55,289 nucleotides of DNA from Octopus bimaculoides (Eukaryota). The stretch is taken from positions 4,913,302 through 4,968,590 of the forward strand of contig NC_068982.1 of NCBI RefSeq assembly GCF_001194135.2, read 5' to 3'. How positions within the stretch are numbered: position 1 is the stretch's first letter; every line of letters begins with the position of its first letter. The position numbers and the translations under genes are program-made. Shown here in pieces: positions 10,671-23,534 of this stretch. The notes beneath the pieces are model-generated. The model saw only the letters and a list, made by a program, of their open reading frames with translations, searched no databases and was not told where the DNA came from.

Positions 10671-12047
10671 AGAATCCTAGCCATCGGCAGACTGACTTAT
10701 AAAATTTGGTGCGAGAGGAAACACAAGCAACTGCTTAAATATAGATGCTAAACAATGAACATAGATTGGCCAAGTTATAATTAGAAAAAGTACTTTGAGA
10801 AACAGAATTACTTATGGATAAAGAAGGCAAACAAGAGAGGAAAAAATGACATTAATGGTAGCAATCCAACAAAATGTCATGCTAAAAGAAAACACCAACA
10901 AAATAAAAAGAAAACAAACAGAACATATTAAAGAAACTGAAAAGAACAGAAGAAAACAAATGAAACATAAACAGAAAAGATAAACCTAAGAAAGTAATAA
11001 ATGCATCAATTATGTGTAAGTTCAGTACATCTCCGAACATCACAATTGTGTATGTGTGCATGGGTGTATATATGTACATGCACACACACACACACACAGA
11101 TATATAAATAGATATATGATACAAAATGGAGTGAATGGTATTCTTTATTTAATCACTACAATTGTTTCGACACATTGTTGCACCTGTAGTACATTGGTGA
11201 GATGTTGTGTAATCATTATCTTGCATCCAAAGTGTAAAATGCAAAGTGTCCAGCCATTGTGAGAACAACTCAGCTCCCAAATGAAAACAATTCTACATGC
11301 AAGGTCCGGACAGGCAAGGTGACATTAAGGACACAATCTCTAACTAACGTGGTTGGGTCTTAGTCACCATAAATTAGTAGGTTAATGTACATGCGATATT
11401 TCATCTAGTAATCAATAGCTGAAGAATATGTGTGTGGGTTTTGGCTATTCTTAGAAAGAAGACTTTGATACTGAAGCTAAAAGAAAATAGTTGAATAGTT
11501 GCAGAGGATTTAATATATTTTAGCATAATTTTAATAATAATCATAGTGTGTTCCAAACGGTTTTAATTCCAACAAGTTGTTACCTATGGTACTATGGGAA
11601 CAAGGTATTATTGCTACCAATTAGACAATACAGTTTGTAGTCTACATTGGTTCATCCATTTAATACAACTTACTTATATCATTTCAGAAGCCATTTTTTT
11701 CCAGTTTGAACAGAAGCAATGCGTGGACCATGCAGGCAGTCCTACATACCACAGGAAAGGGGGTTTTCTGTCCCCAGGGGCCCCATTAATCATTATGTGA
11801 AACCTTTTAAGAGTCTAAAACTGTCTCTGGAACATAATTAATGTACGTTCCGAGTTTGGAGAAAATCAGTTGTGAACTTCAGAGGTTCTACCAGTTTACA
11901 CACACACACACACCCTCAGTTTTATAGATAAACAGACAGACATATACATAATTCAAATGATAAGAAGACAAAGATATCTTTAAATAATCTTTAATGATTT
12001 GTTCATACCTTTATCCCTTACCAGGACCTAAGATGTATATAAACACA

Positions 12048-12098
<51 letters not shown>

Positions 12099-12419
12099 AA
12101 TTTATCAAGTAAGATAAAAATCAAATTTGGAAAATAAAAAATAATTCATAATGAAGAAATTGATATCAAAATTACTCTTTACCGATAAAAACAAAGAAAT
12201 AAGCGCAGTCTTCATGGCTGCTGAATAAATCATACAAGATTCAGGCAAATGTGTGTGTGTGTGTGAGTGCATGCATGTGTGAGTGCTTGTGTNNNNNNNN
12301 NNCAGGCAAATGTGTGTGTGTGTGTGAGTGCATGCATGTGTGAGTGCTTGTGTGTGTGTGTATTTGCCACTATTATAAATAAACGTACATGAATATAAAA
12401 ATATTCTTTTATATTCAAA

Positions 12420-12900
12420 GAAAATGGAAGTCTAGAAAATGCTATAAGTAAAAAGAAAAGAGCTTTTGAATTTTGATTGAAGTTCACAACAAACAATGTT
12501 CTATCAACAAATGGGAAACAAAAAAGAAAGAAGAAATATTCAAAGAAAACCACAGAGAGTCTCCAAACCAATAAAGTTGGAATCAAAGAATGGTTAAAAC
12601 AACAAGTACAAACAACAGAAAGATGTGAGAAATACGGTAATTTGGGCAAAACAAACTACTCTCAATAACAAGGAATAATTCTCTGGAGACATATCACAAA
12701 AAAATACGTATAAGCCATCAAAAAGTGAGAAATAACGACATTTTGGGAAACACCCATGCAGAAAAAAGAGAACATTTAAAATGGATTGGATAGCTCATGG
12801 ATAAAACTGCATGAAAGGGAGGCTGGAAAAAAATGATGGTAGAATGTCAGGAGAGGGAAAATGGAAAACATTTGGGGAATGATATGGTTTGATGCATCTG
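12420..12900 (+). mobile_element. Possible highly decayed LINE ORF2 C-terminal remnant
   Basis: Only scattered motifs (IILWRHIT, KWIG*LM) resembling RTE WxDHITNEEV / RWIGH. Confidence 0.25.
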
Positions 12901-13564
12901 GTTCAAACAACGATATGTAATGCATGAATGTTAATACAAATATTTTTGCGGGAATGCCAATGCAAACATTTCAGTTTATTAATAGAAAATCCAAGAAAAA
13001 GAAACACTGTAGATAAAAGGGACACACAATGCTGTTGAATAAAAAAAGGAGAAACAGCTGAAGTTCCCAGATCTATAAATCTATCATGTGTGACCCCTAA
13101 GCAAACCTATAAACTCCTAACCCTAATAGGATGTCTGAGGTAAACATAATTCAAGACACTGAACTTATGTTTAGCTAATTCAAAGATTATTTGTGGCTAC
13201 AATAGCAAAAATTGATTGTGCATCATTTTTCTTCTTATTTCCTAAATATAGATCTTGATGGATCTCAATGATAAAATAATGCAGAACTAATAACACTACA
13301 TGTGGTTTATAAATGTAGGTTAATGTAAGACAGAATGTAGAAATGGACATGTGAAAATGTATGTCAGTAAGTCAATTAAATAATTTATGTTGCAGAAATG
13401 TTATGGGAAATGTTTGTATATTTTGTGCTTTACAAAGTCAATTAGATAAGGTATGTGGGAAATGGAATGTCGAATCAATGTAATAATTTGTGTTGCAGAA
13501 TCAAAAGCAGAACAAGTAGATAAAAAATAATTTAGGAAGAGAAGAAAATTAGTTAAATATAGTT

Positions 13565-13992
13565 TGATGCCAGGACTGCCTGACTGGCCCCCGTGCCAGT
13601 GGCACGTAAAAAGCACCATCCAAACATGATCAATGCCAGGACTGACTGACAAGCTCTGGCTCCCATGCCAGTGGCATGTAAAAAGCATCATCTGAATGTG
13701 GCTGATGCCACTACCCCCTAACTGGCTCCCATGCCAGTGGCAAGTAAAAAGCACCATCCGAACGTGGCCAATGCCAAGCCTGCCTGACTGGCTTCTGTGC
13801 CGGTGGCACGTAAAGAGTACCCACTAAACTTTTGGAGTGGTTGGCATTAGGAAGGGCATCCAACTGTAGAGATCTTGCCATATCAGATTGGTGCCTGGTG
13901 TAGCCTTCTGGCTCTCCAGACCTCAGTCAAACCGTCCAACCCATGCCAGCATGGAAAACAGACATTAAACGACGACAACGATGATGATGAAG
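13565..13992 (+). mobile_element. RTE 3' end with four ~60-70-bp tandem subunits
   Basis: Four units containing (C/T)(G/A)TGCC(A/G)GTGGCA(C/T/A)GTAAA(A/G)AG(C/T)A(C/T)C, then the AGGAAGGGCATCC module and GAT tail. Confidence 0.9.
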
Positions 13993-14189
13993 ACAACATA
14001 TATGCAAACTATTAAAAATTATTCTGTCGAGGCTAGACCAAGGCCAACATCTAGTTAGAAGTGAGAGTGTGCCAAATAATTTAGTTTACTGCCAGTGAGC
14101 AAAGGAAATAACTGAACAGCTGATCAACTGTTTTGGTGTTGAGTGAAAGTCTCAAAACAGAACTGGTGATTCTGAAAAAATGTTCACTT

Positions 14190-14350
14190 GCTTAACCTCT
14201 AAAGCATTTAGATTATTCAACCAAATGCAATGCTTATTTATTCACACTTCAAAGTTTTAATGATGTTTATTTTTAGAGTAACATTGTAGGGTAGGTGTGA
14301 GAGGCCAGATCTAGCCAACTAGAACCCAAAACAGGCAGAATAACTGGGTC
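14190..14350 (+). mobile_element. Partial piggyBac-type MITE P1
   Basis: TTAACCTCTAAAGCATTTAGATT..TTTATTCACA..AAAACAGGCAGAATA similar to 9086-9305. Confidence 0.55.
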
Positions 14351-14799
14351 AGAGGTGACTGATGTAGCAGACACCTTATAGTGCCTGCTCCTTGGTTCTA
14401 ATTAGGACAGATTACTTCTATAGACACAAAATAGGGCATTAGATTAACAGGTTCAGAAGGTCTTCTGGGGTATACCAAAACATGAAGGTGCCTTCAAATG
14501 GTTACCTTGACCAATAATAAACAGAAGCGAAATCCCTGTCAAATTGCATTGTCATATCATAACAACAGAAACACAGGCGGGTCACAGAGAAAGGTTTTGA
14601 TTATAGGCTCGACTGATTAGAGCTGACCTGGGGTTAAATAAACAACAATCAGAGATTCTGAGTAAGTTGTACAATAAAAGAAAGAACGGTGACACAGCAA
14701 CATTGTATAGTCTGGCAATACATACAACATAGTGATCCATAGTACATACAATAGACTGGCTCTCGGTCAGTTTGGACAACGTGGGTTCCATTTGACCCA

Positions 14800-15249
14800 A
14801 TCAACAGAACACCCTGCTCATGCTTCTTAGGTTGGTTTCCGTTACCTGTGACAATTTGCGTAAGGTCTTTGACAGGCTTGCCGACAGTTTATCAGAAATA
14901 TTGGAGAGTGTTTCGTCTGAAAGAACAGTAGGCCTACTGCTTCTTGCTGCGTCTTCCACTGAGCCTGTGTTTCTAAATTTTCTTACCGAACCCCACACAG
15001 TGTCACGATGTAGAACAACAGTATTTGGAAAAGTTTTACTGAACTTCTGTTTCACAGTATCTGTGTATTTGTTTCTAGCTTGAAACACTCATTCAACTAA
15101 AAACGTACGTTCTTCAATGGTTAGCATGTTGACACGCTGCAGGGTACACAATGACTGAGGGACAATGGCTGACACCCGGCCACCCACGCAGTGATAGCCA
15201 AGTTGCACATGCACAGGGTGAGAAAAAAATTCACTGCGGAGAGACTGTA
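14800..15249 (-). mobile_element. Tc1/mariner-superfamily 5' fragment: TIR + N-terminal HTH (DUF4817-like) of transposase, premature stop
   Basis: ATG at 15127: MLTIEERTFLVE*VFQARNKYTDTVKQKFSKTFP..VRKFRNTGSVEDAARSSRPTVL; TIR-like 15220-15246 matches 29033-29059. Confidence 0.8.
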
Positions 15250-15593
15250 ATACACAATTATTGTATTACATTTACGAGAAAGAAATATAGCGTAAAAAGA
15301 AGCAGAAAATTTACCAAAATGGTAATTCTTAGAGACAGCAGATCTATAAAGCATAGTTACTTTCGTAGTATCTATAGAAACACAATCATTAAATGTAATG
15401 GAGAAGGTTAAAAAAAAAAAAAGCAGCAAAATGTAACCATTTGGTCACTCTGCATCTTCCGAACGACAAACAGAAACTGTACTTTTAGGAAGAACCTGAG
15501 CCATGAGAATATCNNNNNNNNNNGGGGGGGGGGGAGGAGCAGGAAAATGAGACCAACAGACAATATTATCAAATCAAGTTACTATTTGCACAT

Positions 15594-15629
<36 letters not shown>

Positions 15630-15949
15630 ATGTACAACATTCCCCGAGGAAAAAATAACTCTATTGTATTTACTTTACCAACACATGACCTGGCAATAAT
15701 AATAATAATAATAATAATAGTGATATCCTTCTGCTACTATTACTGTTGCCTCTGCTGTCTCTGATGTAAATGAAGATGATGTTGATGGTAACAAAACCGT
15801 TTTTCCGAGGGTGTCAAATAAAATTAGCATAAACTACAGAGAACTCAAGAATTAGGAGCTATATTTTGCTTCCAAATGCAACCATATCCAGTTTATACCT
15901 TATAATATAAAAAAAAAGAGATAACAAAGAACAAAATGTAAAAGAATGT

Positions 15950-16215
15950 AAAAAGCACCAGTGCTGGTGCCACATACAAAGCACCAGTGTGATGGTGCCA
16001 TGTAAAGAGCAGTGGAGATGGTGCTCCATATGAAGTACCTATCCCAGTGCCACATAAAAAGCACACTCTGTAAAGTGGTTGGCATTTGGAAGGGCATCCA
16101 TTTGTAGAAAGCATGCCAAAACAGACAATGGAAGCTGATGTGGCTCCTGGCTTTGCCAATTCCTGTAAATCCCTCCAACCCATGCCAGCATGGAAACAGG
16201 ATGATGATGATGATG
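15950..16215 (+). mobile_element. RTE 3' end (family A) with short tandem subunits
   Basis: AAAAGCACC repeats, GAAGGGCATCCA, CCAACCCATGCCAGCATGGAAA, (GAT)n. Confidence 0.85.
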
Positions 16216-17299
16216 AAAATGTACATGAACTGCTATTGTTATTGAGGTGGTGAACATTTCGGTAGCGCTACTGTCATTACTAATTTACTCTAAGAAATCC
16301 TTTAAAGCTTGCATTAAAAAAAAACATGGTTGAACAAAAGGTCCAAAATTCTAAAACAAAACAAACCAAAGCAGAAAATTTCAGAAAAAAAAAAATACTG
16401 TTTTCCTTCATTCCAGGAGAGGACTTGAAAAACTTTGAGGAAATTTATTTAAAAAAAATAAAACATGATTATTGGGTTGTTTTTTTTTACTGTGCCAAAA
16501 CGAGCCATTTTTGGACTATCTCTCTCTTTTTAAAAGCTCTTATCAATCGGAATGTCCTTTATCATGTTTCACATGCCATCAAATTTAATATTTCCACTGA
16601 AAAAAAAAAACCCCTACTTTTTATTTTTTGACTATTATTGTACATTATACGTCTTAATATACAATTTAGAATTGATAGTTAGAATAGCCTTCTCATCTTC
16701 TGCCTAAAACTGTTGCCTTGCTAGTTATTCTACTACATACAAATACAGTACCTATTAAATATTGTAAATAGACTTCAGTCATTTTACATAAAAGGAACTG
16801 TTCATAGTCTCTAAGAAATGTTTTTCTTTATCTTTACTGTTTCACCAAATTATCTTCAACTGATTGATAAAAATCAATAAGACTGGGAAAGATAAAAGTA
16901 TGATAAATAAAAAGAAAAATGTAAAACAGCACATTTACAGTATAAAAGACATCGAAAGCAGATGCAAATGCTTGTTAACTATGAGAGTTACATAAAAACA
17001 GCTAAAAATTTAATTTTGGTAAAAGTGAAGAATATATCTGAACTCTTCTTATTTTTTTCTTTCAACAAGTCTAAATCAACCGAACTAAACTAGTATATTA
17101 CTGACGATTTTATGCTTCCTCTTTTTTTTTTTTATATTATTTCTGAAGGCTGAAAGACGAGATTGATTCTAGTGACATTTGAACTCAGAACAATAAAGTT
17201 CAGAGATGAATACAGTCTAAGACTAACGTTCCAACACTTTTCACAAAATACCTTTATCTTTCATCTTTTACTTGTTTCAGTCATTAGACTGCAGCCATG

Positions 17300-17660
17300 T
17301 TACATCTCCTTCATCTCCTCCCTTGTCCTACTGGGGTGGCTACTCTGTCCTTCTATCTTACTCTAACCTCTCGCCTGGCACATAGCCACTTTTCTCGATT
17401 CCACCCCCACCTCTCTCAACTAAGAGGTCCTTGTCTTGTGAGTTACTTGGCAACTCTGCTGGTGCCATGTATAAATCACCTGTGCCAGGTTCATGTACAA
17501 AGCACCTGACATTACCTGTAAAATGGTTGGTGATAGGAAGAGCACTGCATAGAAACCATACCAAAGCAGACAATGGAACCTGGTGCAGCTCTCCAGCTTT
17601 GCCAGCTCCTGTCAAACCATCCAACAAATGACAGCATGCTGGGAAACAGGAGCTTTTTAA
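17300..17660 (+). mobile_element. Family A 3' end with pyrimidine-rich 5' part
   Basis: Similar to 7915-8330; preceded by a SINE C tail fragment at ~17265-17300(-). Confidence 0.7.
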
Positions 17661-18319
17661 TGACATCAGCACATATTGAATAGGGAATAACTGTTCCCCA
17701 AACCCAAAACCTCTGCATCAATATCCTCTCTTTTCCGCTACATATTCCTATGTAATAATGAGAATATATCAATTAAGATGTTGTAAATAGAGATAGAAGA
17801 GAAATCCAAAATACAACAGCCTGAACTTTTCTCTTAGAACAAGACAGTGTTTCCTAATGCATTTGCAGTAACAGTACCGGTGCAAACATTTAGAATACTC
17901 GGCTGGTCTATGTAGGGGGAACCACTCCACAGACATAAAAACCTGCAATTTCCCAACATCGACTGTTAAACTTGTACATTAACTGTTATATTTACTCTGT
18001 CTCAAAAGAAAAGTGGAAGAGGCTTAAGGTTAGTGTAGGCAACCTTCATTTCCTCATAACCTTCCAATATCAAGTCAGAAGCACAAGGCTAGCATAGCCC
18101 AGCAAAGATTTGCAAGAAGAAACCCCTGCTTACCAACAAAAATGTGCTGCATGGTGTTTTTTTCCATAAACGAGGAAAGGATGATAAAATGTAGCTCCTT
18201 TTGGACTTGTGACCACCATGTCATGTCATATTTTGAAGGTTATGTTTCTGCATTCCAAAAGCAGAAGATAGCTACAAAATACCTAACAAACAAATGAGAC
18301 AATAAAACACTTAAACTTT

Positions 18320-18780
18320 CATCATCATCATCATCATCGTCGTTTTTGAACGTCCACTTTCCATGCTGGCATGGGTTGGACGGTTTGACTGAGGGCTGGC
18401 GAGCCAGAAGGCTGCACCAGGCTCCAATCTGATCGGGCAAGATTTCTATAGCTGGATGCCCTTTCTAACACCAACCACTCTGAGAGTGTAGTGGGTGCTT
18501 TTTACGTGCCACCAGCATGGGAGCCAATCTGGTGGTACTGGCATGGGTGCCAGTTAGGTGGCACTGGCAACGACCATGCTCAAATGGTGCTTTTACATGC
18601 TACTAGCATGGGAGCCAGTCAGGTGGCACTGGTAACGACCACACTTGAATAGTGCTTTTTATGTGCCACCAGCACGGGAACAGCACGGGAACATGTTCAA
18701 ATGGTACTTTTATGTGCCACTGGCACAAGAGTCAGTCAGGTGGCACAAGTTACGACCATGTTCATATGGTGCTTTTTAAC
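18320..18780 (-). mobile_element. RTE 3' end with about five tandem subunits
   Basis: (CAT)n tail, GGATGCCC module, repeated GTGCTTTT..GTGCCAC..GCA(C/T)GG units. Confidence 0.85.
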
Positions 18781-18814
18781 CTTGAAGATACAGTTATAAA
18801 TATTGATTATGCTA

Positions 18815-18891
18815 CTCTTCTGTGTTATATTTAAAATTAATTGAAAGAAACACAGAGCTTCTCAAAATAAATATGGCAACGAAAGGGTTAA
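18815..18891 (+). mobile_element. 3' end of piggyBac-type MITE P2
   Basis: TGTTATATTTAAAATTAATTGAAAGAAACACAGAGC..AAAGGG-TTAA matches 31850-31920. Confidence 0.75.
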
Positions 18892-19195
18892 AACTGAAAT
18901 TCATATTTATACCAATAATAACTGGTGCACTTGGCTCTGTGAGCAAATGCTTAAGTGGCACTCTGGATAAGCTAGGGTTTTCAGAAACAGGAATCAACCA
19001 ACTAACTTGTACATTACAAATATGATCTGTAAGTGGAACAGTAAAAATATGCAAGATGTGTCTCAAGTTTAAAATGTAACATTGTTTTCATTATCGACAT
19101 TCCAACGACGGAGCATTGAATCTTTGTTAGTGTTAGAAACCAGCTCGTTCCTCAGAGGAGGAATTCAAGTAATTAAAAACAGGTGAGAACATACA
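18892..19195 (+). mobile_element. 3' end of RLE-endonuclease non-LTR retrotransposon (R4/HERO-like)
   Basis: FIPIITGALGSVSKCL..LDKLGFS..LQI*SVSGTVKICKMCLKFKM* (stop 19077-19079), the typical C-terminal PxxxGALG..GTVKI pattern of RLE ORFs; then putative 3' UTR. Confidence 0.75.
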
Positions 19196-19827
19196 GTATT
19201 AAAGCTTATACTTTTTTTCAAACACTTATAGAAAGACGAACCAAATAACCGTTGGATTCAAGCCATGCATTAACCGCTGGGCAACTGCAAAAGTGACAAC
19301 ATCAAACTGAATAGCATCATGTGTTACAGTCAGTTGCATACAAGTATTCTGGTCTATTACAAGTGATGCAAGTCAGATGTGCAGAGGTGCATTAGTTTGG
19401 TTAAAGCAGACAAACATAAAGAATCTAATTTCAGATGGCAATGAAAGCATACGCAGTGTGATGTAACAAGTAATATGGTTGGAGGGGCTTGAAATACATC
19501 AGGCTTTTGTGTGCTTTCTTTCTTTCTCATTCTCAGTTTGGTGTTTGTAAAGGTTTAATATTCAGTATTCGGTCCATGAAAATGTTAACTCTTAATTTCT
19601 GTATATCCAAAAGGAATGTCCATATGTATGTGCGTATAGATAAACACACACACACACACACACTTGCATATATATGCACAGATATATATATATACACACA
19701 CACACGCATATACACATTTGTGTGTGTGGTTTGTGTGTGAGTGCATACACACTATCATTTATGAAAAACTAGAGTTGACTTTTACATAAAATACATGGAA
19801 AATTCCAAACACGTAAGCTTTCTGATA

Positions 19828-19892
<65 letters not shown>

Positions 19893-20027
19893 ATTCATTT
19901 ATCTTTATTAATATTTAGCAGAAGCAACAGAATAACTCAGATGCTGAGAGTAACTTTTTTGCTAAATATTAATTAAATATATATACATATTTTGAGTTCT
20001 GAACCTATATATGTATAAATATATAAG

Positions 20028-20070
<43 letters not shown>

Positions 20071-20574
20071 TATGGAGATGTACTTGCATAGCAAGTGTCC
20101 TGAAATAAGTGGAAATTTTACTGGTGAGTGTGTTAAATTATAAGGCACCAAAAGAGAATGACTCTCCCCAGACACTTCAACACATGAACTCGCATAAAGA
20201 ATTTTGCAAACCAAATCCAAAAACAAAATATATATATGTATATACATATATACACACACACACATACATGCACACACGAATGCACATATATGCATGTGCA
20301 CTCACGCACAGACGCATTGTCATATAAGTGACAAAAGCTGCAACTTCCAACTCACTGATATCACAGTTACCAGTATCACCATTCCTATCAGTTATCACAA
20401 TCAGGAGGATTGCACTAACAAAAAACGTCAAATTTACCACCTAATCTAACTTGATTAACAGCTGATGTTAATTACTATGGAGCACTTGTGGAATCTATTT
20501 GTGATAGTTTTAGCTTTTAAATTTATTGTCTTTCTTTTCTTTTTTTTTTGTTTTGTTATAGCAAAAATGAAACA

Positions 20575-20955
20575 TTTAAGCTAAAAGTTACTGAAGTAGT
20601 CAAGAAAACATATAACTGTGTTGCAATTAAAGAATTTGGCACTTGAGAGAAATTATGAGAAACTAGTGAAAGATATGGAATAAACTTCAAACAATGCGAA
20701 ATAGAGTTTGCTGCGTGAGGTCATCCTCATAAGTGGCCAGATTTGGAGCAAAATGTTGTTGAGTGGGCAGTTGAAAATTGCCAGTTGTCTGGGAGAAAAA
20801 TATGGAACTCATCAACTGAATCCATGTCAAGGAAAAATGGCATTTTAGATTTGAAGTCAAGTACTGGATGGTGTATAATGCTGATAATACAATATGACTT
20901 AGCAATCCAGCAGAGAATGAAGACTGCACAGACGCTACTGGCTGATTTTGCTATC
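20575..20955 (+). mobile_element. pogo-family transposase remnant (Brinker-like DBD + CENP-B/Tc5 HTH)
   Basis: FKLKVTEVVKKTYNCVAIKEFG..EKLVKD, then KWPDLEQNVVEW..LKSSTGWC..YDLAIQQRMKTAQTLLADF; frameshifted and cut by an RTE tail. Confidence 0.8.
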
Positions 20956-20967
20956 TTAGGAGGTTCT

Positions 20968-21200
20968 TCATCATCATCGTCGTCGTTTAATGTCCGCATT
21001 CCATGCTGGCATGGGTTGGACGGTTTGACTTAGGACTGGAGAGCCAGAAGGCTGCACCAGGCTCCAATCTGATCTGGCAAGGTTTCTACAGCTGGATGCC
21101 CTTCCTAACACCAACCACTCCGAGAGTATAGTGGTTGTTTTTTACGTGCCACTAGCATGGGAACCAGTCAGACAACACTGGCTTCAGCCATGCTTGAATG
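20968..21200 (-). mobile_element. RTE 3' end (family A)
   Basis: Near-consensus module with (CAT)n. Confidence 0.9.
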
Positions 21201-21214
21201 GTGCTATTTATAAT

Positions 21215-21432
21215 AACAACCTTTTCTATTCTAAGTACAAGGCCTGAAATTTGGAAGGAGGGGGCCAGTCAATTAGATCAACCCCCGTATGCAACTGGTA
21301 CTTAATTTATCGACCCCGAAAAGATGAAAGCAAAGTTAACCTCGGCGGAATTTGAACTCAAAACATAAAGACAGACAAAATACCACTAAGCATTTGCCCA
21401 GTATGCTAACATTTCTGCCAGCTCGATGCCTT
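21215..21432 (-). mobile_element. SINE family B
   Basis: AGGCCTGAAATTTGG..AACTGGTACTTAATTTATCGACCCC..CTGCCAGCTC. Confidence 0.9.
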
Positions 21433-21519
21433 ATTCACACATATATATCTAAAACTACATGAGAACATCTATGTGTGATTGTGTATGTATATAGTTTTAG
21501 ATATATATGTGATCTAATT

Positions 21520-21630
21520 GACTGGCCCTCTCCCCCAAAATAAGTCCTGGGGTCGATTTGCTCAACTAAAGGTGGTGCTCCAGCATGGCCACAGTCAAAT
21601 GACTGAAACAAGTAAAAGCATAAAAGAAGA
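21520..21630 (+). mobile_element. SINE C 3' fragment
   Basis: TAAGTCCTGGGGTCGATTTGCTC..GTGCTCCAGCATGGCCACAGTCAAATGACTGAAACAAG. Confidence 0.8.
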
Positions 21631-22375
21631 AAAGAACAAGACAGATGTTCCTTTTTCACTCACGAAAAGAAAACATTGTTTAAAAGTGTGTGAATGTGTA
21701 TGTATGTGTGTTTGTGTATGTATGTGTGTATTTATGCATGCGTTTATGTGTATTTTCAGGTACATTCATTTGTTATGAATGATTGTCTGTCTCAACCTTG
21801 TGTGTATGCATGGGTGGGGGTCAACGTGTTCTTTTCATTTTCCTTTTCATCAGAGTCAGAAGAAATTTTTGTAAACATGTTTATATAATAACGAAAAAAA
21901 ACCCTGTTGCTTTGGGGTTTCTAAGGGTCAGATGTACTTGAGTTTTTATGGGTTTTTTTTCTCATAAGGACACATGTCTAAGGTAACATAAATCAAAATA
22001 TTTGGATCTANNNNNNNNNNNNNNNNNNNNNNNNNNNNNNNNNNNNNNNNNNNNNNNNNNNNNNNNNNNNNNNNNNNNNNNNNNNNNNNNNNNNNNNNNN
22101 NNNNNNNNNNNNNNNNNNNNNNNNNNNNNNNNNNNNNNNNNNNNNNNNNNNNNNNNNNNNNNNNNNNNNNNNNNNNNNNNNNNNNNNNNNNNNNNNNNNN
22201 NNNNNNNNNNNNNNNNNNNNNNNNNNNNNNNNNNNNNNNNNNNNNNNNNNNNNNNNNNNNNNNNNNNNNNNNNNNNNNNNNNNNNNNNNNNNNNNNNNNN
22301 NNTACATTTACTCTTTTGGCTGATTAAGCGATGTAAAGCGTATTTAATCTCCATACCTTCGTTTTATTTGCTTTT

Positions 22376-22405
22376 ACCCTAAACCTAGGGTTAGGGTTAG
22401 GGTTA
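22376..22405. repeat. Short telomere-type motif (CCCTAA/TTAGGG head-to-head)
   Basis: ACCCTAAACCTAGGGTTAGGGTTAGGGTTA. Confidence 0.8.
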
Positions 22406-23534
22406 ATTGTTTCAGAATCGTTTGTTTATGTAGTCGGCACTTAATGTATATCGGCTGAATGGACGTCAGTGATTGGTTGAAATTACAGAAATACGACAAC
22501 TTTAACATGGACTAACTTATGGATTTCTTTTTTTTTAAAGAAGACTAAGAGAAAAAGATGTTTTATATGACACATTCTACCAGTGTTCCAAGTTTCAAAG
22601 TGTTTCGTTAATGAAAAATGTGGCCCCCGTTTTAAAAAAGATCCAAATATTTTCCTGCAACAATTCATAGCTTGGTCTAAAATTAAAGAATAAACACAGA
22701 ATTTTAGTATCACACACAAACACCCACACATATAAAACTAAAATTCAAAGTTTGTCTGTATGTTCCTTAATACTGGACTAAGACATGAACAGTGGCAAGA
22801 AAATGCAACACACACACACACACAAATGTATGCATGTATATGAACACTTTGACTATTTCTGCTATGACCTCTAATATAATCTAGAGACACAGAAATAAAC
22901 CAGACAGAGGAAAGCGCATGAGTTCAGGTTATTAGACAACGCATCACAGAACAATCCACTGTATGCCAGCGTGTATGCAGTATGGCTCTCAGCTATGTAA
23001 TTGTATAGTTTGATCTGGAACAATAGCCCAGTGTGTTACATCAAGATGTTCTGTTGGTTCCTACATGACATTAATCTGGAGCTACACAACAGTAACAAAA
23101 ATCAATTCCAAAGACAACTTGGTGATTTTTTTTGGCTCAGGATATTGAAAATACCGAAAAAAAAAAAAATGTTTCTCTTTTACTATAGATAGCTTAGACA
23201 TTTTGAATTTCTGGTGTCATTTATAGCAAAAATGGCAGCGAAGACATAGAAATTTATGTTAATAAAATATATATATATATTAAAAAAAAATCAATACTTT
23301 ACGATAAATATGACTTAGTTTTCAGGGCTCATTCAAAAATTAGATTGAAAAACGAAAACATATTTTTACATATATTTTTTCTTAGTGTCCTGAGAAGTGA
23401 AAACACATTAAATAAAAGAAAAGAAGACCTGTCAGAGTTGTTCAAAACAGGGTCACTATCATAAAACATGAATTTTACCTGGCATATTCTACAACTTGCC
23501 AGGTAGACTTAGAATGGGTTGGGTTAATATTTGA

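Noticed and set aside
12242-12352. Direct duplication of ~50 bp either side of a 10-N gap
   Set aside because: Identical sequence flanking a nominal gap is typical of unmerged overlapping contig ends; treated as an assembly artefact.
13565-13830. CRISPR-like array of ~60-70-bp units (also 18500-18780)
   Set aside because: The intervening sequences are homologous to each other, the repeats are degenerate, the context is eukaryotic and no cas genes are present; this is the RTE 3' UTR tandem repeat.
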